From NCBI GenBank assembly GCA_963832985.1, contig CAWHWG010000001.1, positions 221,271-285,270 of the forward strand: 64,000 bases of DNA, given 5' to 3'. Numbering within the stretch: the stretch's first letter is position 1; each line of letters opens with the position of its first letter. This DNA comes from Rubricoccaceae bacterium (GTDB lineage: Bacteria; Bacteroidota; Rhodothermia; Rhodothermales; Rubricoccaceae). The notes beneath the pieces were generated by a model, which had not been told where the DNA came from, did not search any database, and worked only from the letters and a program-made list of their open reading frames with translations. Below are positions 1 through 11,198 of the stretch, piece by piece. A program made the translations under genes and the position numbers.

Positions 1-704
1 GAAGGATGCGCCCGCCGGTGCCGTAGATGCCGATGCTCGACATCGGGATCGTGTCCTCGAGGCCGAGTTCGTCGCGCAGGAACGCCGCATCGATCGCGGT
101 AGATGCCGGTCTCGGGGATCGGCACCTTGAACCAGCGGCCCTCGGCCAGCCGGCTCCGGCTCACGGCGAGGTGCGGGTTGTCATCGCCCGACGAGGCCAA
201 CCGGGCCGCCACGGGCGGGCGGGGCACGCGCACCACGATTCGTCGAGCACGGATCAAGCGCCCGTCCTCGACGCGAAGCATCCGAAGAGACAGGCTGCCG
301 ACCAACTCACGACGGCGCTCGCCCAGGTTGACGACCTCCGCTGCCGACGCGTCGAGGCTGAGAGTAGGCGGCCTCGAGGTCGGACGAGAGGTTCACCTCC
401 TCGCCCTCGAAGGACACGACGGTGACCGCCGGTGGAACGGCGGAGCCGAGCGAGATCTCGTGTGACAGCGTGGCCCGACCTGCGCTGGCCAGCCCGATCA
501 GGTTCTCGAGTACGGCCTCCCGCGCGCTCGACTGCGTCCTCGAGGGGCGTCCGCCACCACGTCGTGACCTCGATGGTGATCGCGTTCGGGGTCGTCTCGA
601 GGACGCGAAGCGATGGGACGCTCTGGGACCTGCTCGACGTACTCAACCGGTGCCTGGGCAGAGGCCGCGACGGCGAGGGCGCAGAAGAGTGCAAGACGCG
701 ACAT
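1..704 (-). CDS. porU: Type IX secretion system sortase PorU (C25 family), 5' part; runs off the window; apparent frameshifts
   Basis: Signal peptide MSRLALFCALAVAASAQA. Manual translation of 1-150 (minus) gives LAEGRWFKVPIPETGIYR/IDAAFLRDELGLEDTIPMSSIGIYGTGGRILP, matching the PorU N-terminal motif (LASGxWxKxxxxxxGIYxI...IYGxGGxxLP). Confidence 0.7.
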
Positions 705-1162
705 AGAGAGCGTGCGGGAGGCCCGAGGTGGGTGGGAACCTGTCGACGCGCAGCACAGGGGCTGCAGCGGGGCGTAGCACGAAACTCTCTTATACGCGGG
801 GTGGTGGTGGGCGCGGATCGAAGATACGGGAGCCCTCTGAACGCGGACAAGGCGCGCGGCCGTGCCCCGAGTGAGGGATTCGAGGATATCGACCTCGAGG
901 TCGACCCGCGGTGAGGACCAGATGAGGTTCGTTCGCCTGCGGCCTCAAAGCCTGTCGATCCGCGTTGAGACGCCGTCCACGGCCGTCGGGCGACGTAGCG
1001 CTGCATCCTCGAGGCCGAGGACCGACCTGAGGTCGCACCTCTGCCACTCTCGATGTTTCGGACCAGGGCCGTCGACGCCGGACTCGAGGCCGATTCTGGG
1101 CGCGGTGCCACGAGACCGAGGACCTCATCCCCTCTCCGACGACCGTCCTCGAGGACGGATCT

Positions 1163-2168
1163 CTAGCTGTTGATGTTCCGGTGGATCGCCTGCCGCGTCA
1201 GACCGATCCGCTCGCCGAGCTGGCTTCGGTTGTCGATGCCAGGGATACCGACGAAGCCGTTGACCAAGCTCGTGAGGTACTCCTGGCGGAGCTTGTTGAT
1301 CGGGATCGGACCCAGGATCTTCGCGATGTCGAGGTCGGCCAGTTCGCGGTGAGCGGCGGCGATGTCGCTTTCGATGCGGTCCTCGTGAGAAGGCCACGTC
1401 GGGATCGTATCGAGCGTCGCCTGCGCCTGCTGGTAGTACTCGAGGGCGAGACCGTAGAACTTGAAGTCGTAGTGGTAGATCTGCGCGAGCTGGTGAAGCG
1501 CGAATCCCTGCTCGGCCACGAGACCGTTGCGAGTCGCGAGCTCGTGCGCCTTTTGGATCGACTCCTCGCCCTCGTGGTGCTTGTCGAGCTTGACCTCAGC
1601 GAACCCCTTGTAGGTGAGGGCGCGCGGGATGTACTCCACCAGTCCGTTGCGTCGGCTCAGGTTGTAGACGCGCGTGCAGATCTCGATGCCCTGCTCGAAG
1701 TCGCCCTGCACCATCAGCGCCTGTGCTTTCTCGAGAAGCGCCGCGACCTCCCACGCTCGGCTCCCCAAACGGCGAGCCTCCTCGCGGACGCGGTCGAAGT
1801 ACTGAAGCGCCGCGGTGACACTCATCAGAGCGATGGCGCATGAGCCATCCGAGTCGGTAATCGAGGACGAGCGTCTGATAGGCATCCTGCGGGTCGACGA
1901 GCGCGAGTTCCGTCTTGGTCCGCTCGACGGGCGCGTCGCGGAGGCACCGGACCGCCTGAAGCTGAACGTGGGTCTGGAGGAGTGGATCGAGCGGAGCCTT
2001 GAGAAGCTCGTTGAACTCGAGATACGCGTCGTAGACCGCGGCCTGGGCGACGTGACCCACTGCGCGGTCCCATCGTTCGCGGACGGCTGCGGGCTGATCC
2101 GCGAGCGCGGCAGAGACACGGTCGATGTGCTCTTGCTCGTGGGCGGGGATCATCGGGGCGGAGGACAT
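1163..2168 (-). CDS. TPR-repeat protein with C-terminal Fis-like helix-turn-helix (one frameshift near 1815)
   Basis: Joins ORF 1596..2228 (from MSSAP) to ORF 1163..2119. TPR-like helices (ALHQLAQIYHY..LALEYYQQA); C-terminus DNRSQLGERIGLTRQAIHRNINS resembles HTH_8. Confidence 0.6.
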
Positions 2169-2292
2169 ACTCGTGTGGGCTCGGCGACAGACGCCACTTG
2201 GGTGCAGACGAGATATCGGTTCCGGCAACCGATCCGCTTAAGCGCTCTCGAACTCCATTCCGGTCCTGACGGAACGTTGTTCCGTCGCTTCG

Positions 2293-2841
2293 CTACCCGA
2301 TGGCGCGATCCACTAACCGCCTCAGCGCGGCCACATCGGCGAATAAGGCCTCTAGCTCCCCGGCTGCCTGCTGGATACTTGCGATCGCCTCCACGACCGT
2401 TTCGTCGGTCGGGACGGCGCGTGCCATTTCCGCTGCAAGCTGCGCGTTTCCAGCAATAACCGCCAGCGGGTTGTTCAGATCGTGAGCCACACGAGAGAGC
2501 TCGTCGCGAACCTCGACCAGGGATTTCCTGACCACTGAGGACCGTTCGCTCTCCTCCTCTGCCGACTCATTCCCAGTGTCGTCTCTCAGCCGACGCTCGA
2601 CGTCCGCGACCTCGACGTGCTCGATCTCGACCTCGAGGCCGAGTGCGTCCCGGAGAGCCTCGATGCGACCCGAAGCATCGGCGTCGGGCCCGATCCAGAC
2701 CGTGTCGAAGGCCGTCCCCGCCAGATACGCACGACCCTCCATCGCCGACGACGCCGTCGTGACCTCAATGGACGAGTTGGGAGCCTCCTCCAGCCAGCGA
2801 TCAGCGTCGGGGTGAACGAGCAGGACGGAGCGGATGGGCAT
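2293..2841 (-). CDS. Degenerate receiver-like domain plus HisKA dimerisation/phosphoacceptor domain, no HATPase
   Basis: H-box ELSRVAHDLNNPLAVIAGNAQL; N-terminus SVLLV...TTASSAMEGRAYL..FDTV is receiver-like; the ORF stops before any ATPase domain. Confidence 0.65.
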   Translation of the reverse strand: MPIRSVLLVHPDADRWLEEAPNSSIEVTTASSAMEGRAYLAGTAFDTVWIGPDADASGRIEALRDALGLEVEIEHVEVADVERRLRDDTGNESAEEESERSSVVRKSLVEVRDELSRVAHDLNNPLAVIAGNAQLAAEMARAVPTDETVVEAIASIQQAAGELEALFADVAALRRLVDRAIG

Positions 2842-2871
2842 CGAGGGCGGGGCCAGAGCGAGAGCTGCCGG

Positions 2872-4086
2872 CTAGCGGCGTGCGGCCTGAGGCTGTGCGG
2901 GGCGAGCCGTCATGTGACCGTCCCCAGCCGACTGTGACGTGGAGAGACCCGGCATGGCCACTCCGACGAGCGTGAGGCGATCGGAGGAGCCCGCCGTGCG
3001 GCTGTGGCCGCGCCGCCACATCATCGAGGTCGGCCCGTGGGGCGTCGCGTGGACCACAACGTAGGGCTCGTCGCTCGCACTCCAGAACCACCGCGTGAAC
3101 GCCGTCGCCTCGGCACCGGCGAGACGGAGCGCGTCGAGGGCGGCTCCGAAATCGGCGACCGCGTGGGAGCGGCGGCCGGTCATCTTCTCCAGCGAGCGGT
3201 TCCAGCGGTATGTGTTGCCCGCGGCGCCGAACGCGGCGATGGCGATGCCCGCGCCATCGAGGGCGTCGCCCAGAGCCTGACGGCCGGACGTGAGTTGCTG
3301 GACACGGCGATCCACCATCAAGTCCAACGAATCCGCAAACGATGCGACGCGATGCTCGAGACGGCGCTCGTGGAGCTTGTCGGTCAGCTGGTACAGCACC
3401 AGCGTCTCGTCGCCCGACGTGAACGCACGTAGTGCAACCTCGACGGGCCGCGGCTGTCCGTCGCGGTCCACGATATCGGCCTCGAGGCCGGAGATGGAAC
3501 TCCCCTCTTCGAGCGACCGGACGGCGTAGTCATCGAGGGCGGCGGTAGAAAACGCGTCCTCGAGGTCGGCGAGCGGAACCCCTCGGACGTCGCCTGGCGC
3601 CAGGCCCGTCAGTGCGTAAAACGCCGGGTTGCCCTCGAGGGCGGATCCCTTCAGGGCAGCGAGCAGAATCGGGTGCGGGCTGATCTGATAGAGCGCCGCG
3701 ATGTGGTCTTGGTGGTCTCGTGCTTCTCGGTTTCTGGCCTCGAGGACGTTGGCGAGCGGGCGCAAGACCTCGACCTCGGGTCCGGTCTCCCGCTGGCTTT
3801 TCATGACGTGCGACACCGGATGTCGGGCCTCGGAGGCCTCCTTCGCGACGACCTCGATGCGGCGAGACCGGCGCGGGCCAAGCACGTAAGCCAGCAGCGC
3901 GATCACGACCACGAGCACGCCCCACAGCACCACTCCGACGCCCACTGCATCCAGCAGCGCGTCCTCCGGAGACGCCGCACCTCGTGCCATCGACACGAGG
4001 TGAAGCTCCACGGCTAAAACCGCTACCGCCGTGACGACGAGCAGTCCAAGGAGGGTAATTCTAGTGGAAGGATTTGGGAGAGCCAT
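2872..4086 (-). CDS. Membrane-anchored PAS-domain sensor protein without a kinase domain
   Basis: Two N-terminal hydrophobic segments; PAS motifs (GNPAFYALTG...DRDGQPRPVEV; WNRSLEKMTG). Confidence 0.65.
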   Translation of the reverse strand: MALPNPSTRITLLGLLVVTAVAVLAVELHLVSMARGAASPEDALLDAVGVGVVLWGVLVVVIALLAYVLGPRRSRRIEVVAKEASEARHPVSHVMKSQRETGPEVEVLRPLANVLEARNREARDHQDHIAALYQISPHPILLAALKGSALEGNPAFYALTGLAPGDVRGVPLADLEDAFSTAALDDYAVRSLEEGSSISGLEADIVDRDGQPRPVEVALRAFTSGDETLVLYQLTDKLHERRLEHRVASFADSLDLMVDRRVQQLTSGRQALGDALDGAGIAIAAFGAAGNTYRWNRSLEKMTGRRSHAVADFGAALDALRLAGAEATAFTRWFWSASDEPYVVVHATPHGPTSMMWRRGHSRTAGSSDRLTLVGVAMPGLSTSQSAGDGHMTARPAQPQAARR

Positions 4087-4119
4087 ACGTTTCGTAGAAG
4101 GCCCGCCGGCTCTCGAGGC

Positions 4120-5002
4120 CTACAAAGGCACTCGCGTAACCGGAACCAACTCGGAGGGAAGGTCGGGCCGCTCGTCCGATGTGGCAACCCCACGCTCCGT
4201 CTCCACGATTCTGGCCCATGCCGTAACCGGGTCGTGCTCGAACACGATGCCCCACGACTCGCGCGCCGCACGTCCCAAAATCGCCTCCTTCTCGGACAGT
4301 GTCGAGAGCGGCTCTACGTCGTAGGCCATGATCCAGAGCGGAGTCACATGGGCAGCGGTCGGGACGAGATCCGCTGGATAAAATACCGACTGGTCCCCGT
4401 CGGTCACGCGCGGCAGCACCTGCCCCACGGTGTGGCCGTCCGCGACCTCGAACACGACGTTCGGGAATGGCCGGTCCCCACGACCGAACAGGCGAAGGCG
4501 ACCCGAGGCCTCGAGTGGATCGAGGTTCTCGGGCAGAAAGGAAGCCCCCTCCCGCGGACTCTCGTGCGCCCACTTCCAGTGCGACTCCCCGACCCACAGA
4601 TCGGCATTCGCAGAACACGACCTCGAGGTCACCGGAACCCGTTCGGCGTGTTGCGCCGCCTGCGTGGTCGAAGTGGAGGTGCGTGAACAACACGTCGGTG
4701 ACATCCCCTGGCGCGACCTCGAGGTCGGCGAGCGAGCCGAGCAGCGTCGAGTGCTCGTGGTCCACTCCGTAGATGTCCTCGAACTTGTCCGTGCCCTTGT
4801 GCCCGACTCCGGTGTCGACGAGGATGGTGCGGCCGTGTCCTCGAAGCAGCAAGCACCGCATCGCGAGCGGGATCCGGTTTCGGTCGTCGGGCTCGATCCG
4901 CCGCTCCCACAAGGGACGCGGCACGATTCCGAACATGGCGCCTCCATCGAGGCGGAGACGCCCGGCCTCGACGAGATCGATCTGGTAGCCTGCGAGGGTC
5001 AT
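4120..5002 (-). CDS. MBL-fold metallo-hydrolase, YtnP-like (frameshift near 4610)
   Basis: RLDGGAMFGIVPRPLW, THLHFDHAGG, DGHTVG, ADLVPT, YDVEP and FEHDP motifs split over ORFs 4061..5002 and 4120..4947. Confidence 0.85.
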
Positions 5003-5134
5003 GATGGAGTGGACGGGTGGACAGTTGCCGTCGTCAAGGCTGGCCGTCTCGAGGTCGAAAGAGACACTTTACTCAAGAACTGGAAGCCACGAAAGCACGC
5101 GAACGAGCCCGCGTCCTCGAGGGCGCGGCCATCC

Positions 5135-5773
5135 TCAGTCGTCGTCGAGAGTGGGAAACCCTGTGGCGTGACCGTCGCCGCGAGCCAGGCTGCGGAGGTC
5201 GCGGGCCTTCTTGAGCCGTACCAACAGCGTTTCGAGATGGTCGGAGAGCGACTGAATTCGGTCTGACTCGCGGACCATCTCGAGCAGTTTCTGCTTGTCG
5301 GACAGGTCCAGGCCTGCGTTGCGAGCGATCACGAACGAGGTCGGCACGCCCTGATCGTAGCGCTGAGGGTCGGGCTCCTCGCCCGCCATCTCGAGCAGCT
5401 TGAGGTGCCGAGCGATGGCTGCGCTTCGAGCCGCGATGTCGTCCTCGTCCTCGAGGTCGTCCACGGGAGTCGCGTCAGCGGTGAGGTACGACCGGTCGCG
5501 GTGGATCTCCTCGACGCGAAACCGCGTCTCGCCGACGGCGATGATGTCAAGTCGGCCATCGGAGTACCGAGCGGCGACGCGCTCGATCCGGGCCGTGCAT
5601 CCGACGCTCGCGACGTTCTCCTCGGAGGCGTAGACGATCCCGAAGGGGCGATCCGCGTCGATGCACTCGCGGACCATCTCCTTGTACTTCGGCTCGAAGA
5701 TGTGCAGCGGGACCGGTTCTCCCGGGAGGAGCACCACGCCTAGTGGGAACAGGGGAAGACGGTCTTCAAACAT
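5135..5773 (-). CDS. LON peptidase substrate-binding domain protein
   Basis: MFEDRLPLFPLGVVLLPGEPVPLHIFEPKYKEMV is a typical LON_substr_bdg N-terminus. Confidence 0.85.
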   Translation of the reverse strand: MFEDRLPLFPLGVVLLPGEPVPLHIFEPKYKEMVRECIDADRPFGIVYASEENVASVGCTARIERVAARYSDGRLDIIAVGETRFRVEEIHRDRSYLTADATPVDDLEDEDDIAARSAAIARHLKLLEMAGEEPDPQRYDQGVPTSFVIARNAGLDLSDKQKLLEMVRESDRIQSLSDHLETLLVRLKKARDLRSLARGDGHATGFPTLDDD

Positions 5774-5948
5774 GTGTACGGTCGCGTACTTGAGGCGATG
5801 CGCGAGGTTCTGCACCGTCCGTTTAGAGCGCGAGTCGACCTCGAGGACGCGACAGGGACGCCACTCGTGCCGAACGGAGCATGGCCGACCTCGAGGCCGG
5901 GTAGTCCTCGGCAGCGGCTCAGGGTAGCTTGGTGCACCCCCCGGTCCT

Positions 5949-7295
5949 GTGCGCCTCGCAGCTCTCTCCCTCTCCCTCCTGATCGTCGCTGGCTCGGCCG
6001 GCGCCCAGCCGCTGGCGTTCGGCTCGTCTGACGACGTCATCGAACTCGGCAGCGCGTTTCGCCCCGAGGACCGGTTTCGTGCGGCGGGGTACCTCGGGCC
6101 GGCCTATCTCCCAGACACATGGCGCGGCGCGGGACGCGTCGAGGTCGAGGCCCTCAGCGGGCGCCTAAGCCTCGCACTCGGGGGCACTCTCCATTCCGGC
6201 GACTCCGGACTGTATGGACCAGAGGACGACGAGCTCTACGACATCGCTCGGCTGGTTCGCTATGTGCGGATTAACTCTACGGCCGCCGACAAGAGCTACC
6301 TCCGCCTGGGGCCGACGGAGCGCGTCACTCTCGGCTCGGGCGCTCTCGCCCGTGGCTACCGAACGACCGCGGCGTGGGACGAGCGGACACTCGGCCTCGA
6401 GGGCGCCCTCGAGGTCGGCACGCTGAGGCTGGCCGGTTTCGCTGATGACGTGCTGCGAACCAACGGAGTCGTCGGGGCCGAAGTCCAAGCCGATCTCGGC
6501 GCTCGCCTGGGTCCGGTGCGAGGCATCGGCGTCACGGTCGCGGGCGTCCACGACCTGGGACGCCCGGGTCTCACCGGCGACTCGTCGCTGACCGGCCTCG
6601 AGGTCACCGCCAGAGGACGGCTGCCGGGCATCGGGCCGCTCGACCTCGAGCCGTACGCCACCCACGCCCGCTACCTGGGGCACGGGAGCACGCTGGGCGG
6701 CGGCGTCCGAATCGGGTCCGACAACCTGGGCGACGTCTTTCGCGGCTCGGCAGGCGCGGGAGTCTTCTTCTCAACCCCGGACTTCGTGCCGGGGCACGTC
6801 GGCCCGTTCTATTCCATCTCGAACGCCACGGAGCGAATCGTGGACGACGAGGGGTTCTTCGAGGCCGAACCTCGTGTGGAACTGGCCGGGACCCCGCTCG
6901 ACAGCCTCGAGGGCGGCGTGGACCTCGTCCTCGACGCGCAGCTCATTGCGTTCGGGCGCTTCGAACTCTCCCAGCACTTCCGCCGCCACATCGGCGCCGA
7001 GAAGGCGAGCGCATTTGCCCTCCGCGCAGCGGGACGCCTGCCCGGGCAGGGACGAATCGAGTTCGCCGTCGAACGACAGGACTTCCGAGGCTTCTTCGAC
7101 TTGATCCAAGACCTCGGCCAGCTCAACACCCTCGTCCTCGACGTGCAGGTGCCGGTCGGACCTCGAGGCGTCGTGTTCGTCCGCTCGCGCTACGGCTACC
7201 GCCGCCTCACCGACGCCGACGGCCTCGAGGACGACGACCGGTTCATCGTGGAGCGGCGGTTTGAGCCGCTGATCGGGATTCGTCTGGGGCGGTGA
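5949..7295 (+). CDS. Secreted hypothetical protein, probable outer-membrane beta-barrel
   Basis: 448-aa ORF with signal peptide (AGA-Q) and alternating beta-strand-like segments; palindrome read in the xLEx frame. Confidence 0.6.
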   Translation: MRLAALSLSLLIVAGSAGAQPLAFGSSDDVIELGSAFRPEDRFRAAGYLGPAYLPDTWRGAGRVEVEALSGRLSLALGGTLHSGDSGLYGPEDDELYDIARLVRYVRINSTAADKSYLRLGPTERVTLGSGALARGYRTTAAWDERTLGLEGALEVGTLRLAGFADDVLRTNGVVGAEVQADLGARLGPVRGIGVTVAGVHDLGRPGLTGDSSLTGLEVTARGRLPGIGPLDLEPYATHARYLGHGSTLGGGVRIGSDNLGDVFRGSAGAGVFFSTPDFVPGHVGPFYSISNATERIVDDEGFFEAEPRVELAGTPLDSLEGGVDLVLDAQLIAFGRFELSQHFRRHIGAEKASAFALRAAGRLPGQGRIEFAVERQDFRGFFDLIQDLGQLNTLVLDVQVPVGPRGVVFVRSRYGYRRLTDADGLEDDDRFIVERRFEPLIGIRLGR

Positions 7296-8379
7296 CGAAC
7301 AGGGCGCGCACACGCGTCCTCGAGGACGACACGGCCTCCGGGCGTCGCGTGGAGCGCCCTCGAGGGCGAGACGAGGACGCCTTGCTCATCTCGAGCATCC
7401 GCTCGATGGGCTTGCGCGCGGCCAGACGCAGTTCCTCGTCCATCTCCAGCACGGGCTGCTGGTGCTTGAGGCACAGATAGAGCTTCTCGATGGTGTTGAG
7501 CTTCATGTGCGGGCAGTCGTTGCAGGCGCACCCGTTGTCTGGTGGAGCCGGCACGAACGTCTTGCCGGGGTTGTCCTTCTGCATCTGGTGCAGGATGCCC
7601 GACTCCGTCGCCACGATAAACGTGTGCGCGTCCGACTCGGCGGCGAAGCGCCGAATCGAGGACGTGCTGCCGACGTGGTCGGCGAGGCGCAAGACGGCTT
7701 CCTCGCACTCGGGATGCGCCAGAACCGGGGCTCCGGGGTAGCGACCTTTCAGGCGGGCCAGCTTCTGGGCCGAAAAGATCTCGTGCACGATGCAGGCACC
7801 GTCCCACAGGACCATGTCGCGGCCGGTCTCCTTGATGAGCCACCGCCCCAGGTTGCGGTCCGGCGCAAAGATGATCGGCTGATCGGCGGGGATCTGGCGG
7901 ACGATGTGCTCCGCGTTCGAGGACGTGCAGATGATGTCCGTCTGCGCCTTGATCGCGGCTGAGCAGTTGATGTAGCTCACCACGATGTGGTCCGGGTGCT
8001 GCGCGCGGAACGCGGCGAACTCCTCCGGTGGGCAGCTATCGGCGAGCGAGCAGCCGGCGTTGAGGTCCGGTAGCAAGACCGTCTTCTGCGGATTCAGGAT
8101 CTTGGCGGTCTCCGCCATGAAGTGGACGCCCGCGAACACGATCACGTCGGCGTCGGTGCGCTCCGCCTCGCGGGCCAGCCCCAGGCTGTCGCCGATGTAG
8201 TCGGCCACGTCCTGGATGTCGCCCTCTTGGTAATAATGGGCGAGCAGGACGGCGTTGTGCTCACGCTTGAGCCGGTCGATCTCCTCGAACAGGTCGAGGG
8301 TCGGATCGATGTCCTCCTGGACGAACCCGACGCGGGCGACCTCGAGGTCGAGCGTCGGAAGGGCAAGAGCGTCAGTCAT
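7243..8379 (-). CDS. nadA: Quinolinate synthase NadA (true stop probably near 7370)
   Basis: [57 protein letters not shown] and CPHMK motifs. Confidence 0.95.
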   Translation of the reverse strand: MTDALALPTLDLEVARVGFVQEDIDPTLDLFEEIDRLKREHNAVLLAHYYQEGDIQDVADYIGDSLGLAREAERTDADVIVFAGVHFMAETAKILNPQKTVLLPDLNAGCSLADSCPPEEFAAFRAQHPDHIVVSYINCSAAIKAQTDIICTSSNAEHIVRQIPADQPIIFAPDRNLGRWLIKETGRDMVLWDGACIVHEIFSAQKLARLKGRYPGAPVLAHPECEEAVLRLADHVGSTSSIRRFAAESDAHTFIVATESGILHQMQKDNPGKTFVPAPPDNGCACNDCPHMKLNTIEKLYLCLKHQQPVLEMDEELRLAARKPIERMLEMSKASSSRPRGRSTRRPEAVSSSRTRVRALFVTAPDESRSAAQTAAPR

Positions 8380-8401
8380 GGCGGAGCGGGGGTTTCCCGC
8401 T

Positions 8402-9328
8402 CTACGCCGTCTCGTCGTCCTGAGATTCGGGAGCGTCGTCCTCGAGGCCGAGTCCGTCACCCAGCGAGCCGGGAGCGTCAAGCTGCGACGAGTCGACCTC
8501 GAGGACGGACTTCGCCTCGATGGGACGTGCGGGATTCTCGTCCTCGAGGCCGGATGCCAGCGTCTCGTCCTCGAGGTCGGATGCCAGCGTCTCGTCCTCG
8601 AGGTCGGATGCCAGCGTCTCGTCCTCGAGGTCGGCGCGCGGCTGGGCGTCATCCACGAGCCGGCCGCCCTCGAGGCGGAGGATCCGATCCGCCAGCGCGG
8701 CCAGCGCCGGGTTGTGCGTCACGACCACGAACGCCTGGTCGGCGTCGCGGCTCAGGCGAAGGAGTTCGTCGTGCAGCCGCTCGGCCGTCTTGACGTCGAG
8801 GTTTCCCGTCGGCTCGTCCATGAGCACGAGCCCGGGCTCGTTCATCAGCGCACGCGCCACGGCGACCCGCTGCTGCTCCCCACCGGAGAGCTGGCTCGGA
8901 CGGTGATCGAGACGGTCCTCGAGGCCGAGACTCGTCAGCAGCAGCCGAGCACGCGGGTCGGCCGTCTCGAACGTGCCGCCGGCGATCAGCGCCGGCATCG
9001 CCACGTTCTCGAGGGCGGAGAACTCAGGCAGCAGGTGGTGGAACTGGAAGACGAACCCGATGGCCTGATTGCGGAACGCCGCCAACGACTCGTCGCCCTT
9101 CGTGAACACGTTCTCACCCCGATACAGAACCGTCCCGGAGGTCGGCCGGTCGAGGGCGCCGAGAAGGTGAAGCAGCGTCGACTTCCCGGTCCCGCTCTCC
9201 CCCACCACAGCCACCAACTCACCGGGGTAGATGTCGACCTCGAGGCCGTCGAGGACGGTCAGGGTGCCGGCGGCGGTCGCGTAGCTCTTGGTCAGAGCGC
9301 GGGCGGAGAGGATCGCAGAGCGATCCAC
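8402..9328 (-). CDS. lolD: Lipoprotein-releasing ABC ATPase LolD with acidic repetitive C-terminal tail
   Basis: [66 protein letters not shown]; likely GTG start at 9328. Confidence 0.85.
   Translation of the reverse strand: MDRSAILSARALTKSYATAAGTLTVLDGLEVDIYPGELVAVVGESGTGKSTLLHLLGALDRPTSGTVLYRGENVFTKGDESLAAFRNQAIGFVFQFHHLLPEFSALENVAMPALIAGGTFETADPRARLLLTSLGLEDRLDHRPSQLSGGEQQRVAVARALMNEPGLVLMDEPTGNLDVKTAERLHDELLRLSRDADQAFVVVTHNPALAALADRILRLEGGRLVDDAQPRADLEDETLASDLEDETLASDLEDETLASGLEDENPARPIEAKSVLEVDSSQLDAPGSLGDGLGLEDDAPESQDDETA
8536..8634. repeat. 27-bp tandem repeat x3 plus a partial copy (encodes DLEDETLAS)
   Basis: cggatgccagcgtctcgtcctcgaggt at 8551, 8578 and 8605; each unit contains CCTCGAGG. 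Confidence 0.95.
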
Positions 9329-9474
9329 GGGAAGAGGCAGGGGGGGATGGGCAAGAGGCTCCGAACGGCTGCCTTCGGCCTCGAGGTCGTGCGAGACGGT
9401 GTCGGGACCGCTGCCGACCTCGAGGTCGGAAAAGGGACCTCTGCCTTCTGCCTCTTGCCGCTTGCCCTCGTTCA

Positions 9475-10845
9475 TCACTCTGGCCTCTCGATCTGCAAGT
9501 CCTTCAGCTTGTTGTACAGGTGCGAGCGCTGGATTCCGATCTTCTCGGCCGTCGCGGAGACGTTCCAGTCGTTCTCGTCCAGCTTGCGCTCGATGAACAG
9601 CTTCTCGGCCTGATCGCGAAACTCGAAGAGCAGATCGTACTTGTCGATGAGTCCGGCAGCCCCGCCGCTGCGCCCGGGCATCACGAACCGCTCGACGTCG
9701 GGCGTCGTGATCTCGTCCCCATCGGAGAGGATGAGAAGCCGCTCGACCACGTTGCGCAGCTCGCGGACATTGCCCCGCCAGTCATAATCGCGCAACCGGT
9801 CGAGTGCAGGGGGCGCAAATTGCTTGTCGGACATGCCGTTACGACGCATCACCTGACCCAAGATGAACCGAGCGATGTCCGGGATGTCATTTCGACGCTC
9901 CCGTAGCGGCGGGACGTGGATCAGGATGACAGAGAGCCGGTGGTAGAGGTCCTCGCGAAACAGCCTGGCGTCGACCTGGGCGAGAAGGTCTCGGTTCGTC
10001 GCAGCCACGACGCGAACGTCGACCGAGATCGAGCGGTCACCGCCGACGCGTGTGATCCGGCTCTCCTGGAGGGCGCGGAGCACCTTGGCCTGAGCGTCGA
10101 GCGACATGTCCCCGATCTCGTCCAGGAACAGCATCCCGCCGTCCGCCTGCTCAAACTTGCCGATCCGCTGCTTCGTGGCACCGGTGAACGCACCCTTCTC
10201 GTGACCAAACAGCTCGCTCTCGATGAGCTCCGACGGGATCGCCGCACAGTTGACCTCGACGAGCGGCCCGTCCGACCTCGAGGACTGCGCGTGCAGGTGC
10301 CGAGCCACGAGTTCTTTGCCCGTCCCCGCCTCCCCCGTGATGAGCACGCGCGCCTCCGACGGAGCCACGCGCTCGATGGTCTGCTTGATGCGCCCGATGG
10401 CCGGGCTGTCTCCCACGATGGGCGTCAGGTCCGACGAGCTCGTGTCCTTGACGACCTGCCGAAGCCGGGTGTTTTCGACCTTGAGTTGCCCGCGGTCGAG
10501 CGCGCCCCGGACTGTGACAAGCAGCCGGTTCATGTCCGGCGGCTTTTCCAGAAAGTCGACGGCGCCAAGCTGCGTGGCCTCGACGGCCGTCTCGACGGTC
10601 CCGTGACCCGAGATCATGACCACCGGCACGCCGGCCTCGATGTCGTGGAGCGCCTTGAGCACCTCCATGCCGTCCCGCTTCGGCATCTTGATGTCGAGCA
10701 GGACGAGGTCGACTCCCGCCCTCCCCTTCTCGAAGGCCTCGTCGCCGTCGACGGCCTCCTGAACGGTGTAGCCCTCGAACTCGAGGATCTCGCGGAGCAC
10801 GCGCCGGATGGCGGGCTCGTCGTCGGCGATGAGTACGGTGGGCAT
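9475..10845 (-). CDS. Sigma-54-dependent response regulator (NtrC/NtrX family)
   Basis: REC domain (LIADDE..LLDIKMP), [33 protein letters not shown]-terminal HTH. Confidence 0.95.
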   Translation of the reverse strand: MPTVLIADDEPAIRRVLREILEFEGYTVQEAVDGDEAFEKGRAGVDLVLLDIKMPKRDGMEVLKALHDIEAGVPVVMISGHGTVETAVEATQLGAVDFLEKPPDMNRLLVTVRGALDRGQLKVENTRLRQVVKDTSSSDLTPIVGDSPAIGRIKQTIERVAPSEARVLITGEAGTGKELVARHLHAQSSRSDGPLVEVNCAAIPSELIESELFGHEKGAFTGATKQRIGKFEQADGGMLFLDEIGDMSLDAQAKVLRALQESRITRVGGDRSISVDVRVVAATNRDLLAQVDARLFREDLYHRLSVILIHVPPLRERRNDIPDIARFILGQVMRRNGMSDKQFAPPALDRLRDYDWRGNVRELRNVVERLLILSDGDEITTPDVERFVMPGRSGGAAGLIDKYDLLFEFRDQAEKLFIERKLDENDWNVSATAEKIGIQRSHLYNKLKDLQIERPE

Positions 10846-11198
10846 AGGGCTGTCGAGAGAGGAGCGGGAAGCTAACAGCCAACGTGTCGCCCTCGAGGAC
10901 GCGGCTCGACCTCGAGGACAACACGTCGAAGACGATCTGCGATGTCGAGGGCGTCGAGGAAAGCGGTCTCCTTGGACCGCTGCCCGTCACCGGCTGGATA
11001 CCCTCCTGAGCCCATTCCCGCTCACGCGAGACTCGTAGGATGGCGAGAGAGAGACCCTCGCCGTCCTCGATGCCTGCGCTCGGTACCGACCCAGACCTCG
11101 AGGTCGACTTGCACGACACGAATCGTCACACACGATTCCTGCCACAGCGCGAATGACGGACTGTGGACAGATCCGCATCCACGTCCTCGAGGACGAGA

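Noticed and set aside
7243-7380. NadA C-terminal extension overlapping the convergent gene
   Set aside because: The extension reads the palindromes off-phase (RPRGR, SSRT) after the normal NadA end (RMLEMS); probably a lost stop caused by an indel error.
8536-8634. 27-bp repeats as a CRISPR array
   Set aside because: Head-to-tail with no spacers and in frame within lolD; this is a coding tandem repeat.
9329-9478. 50-aa N-terminal extension of LolD
   Set aside because: It corresponds to a heptamer inverted-repeat intergenic cassette; GTG at 9328 gives a normal-length N-terminus.
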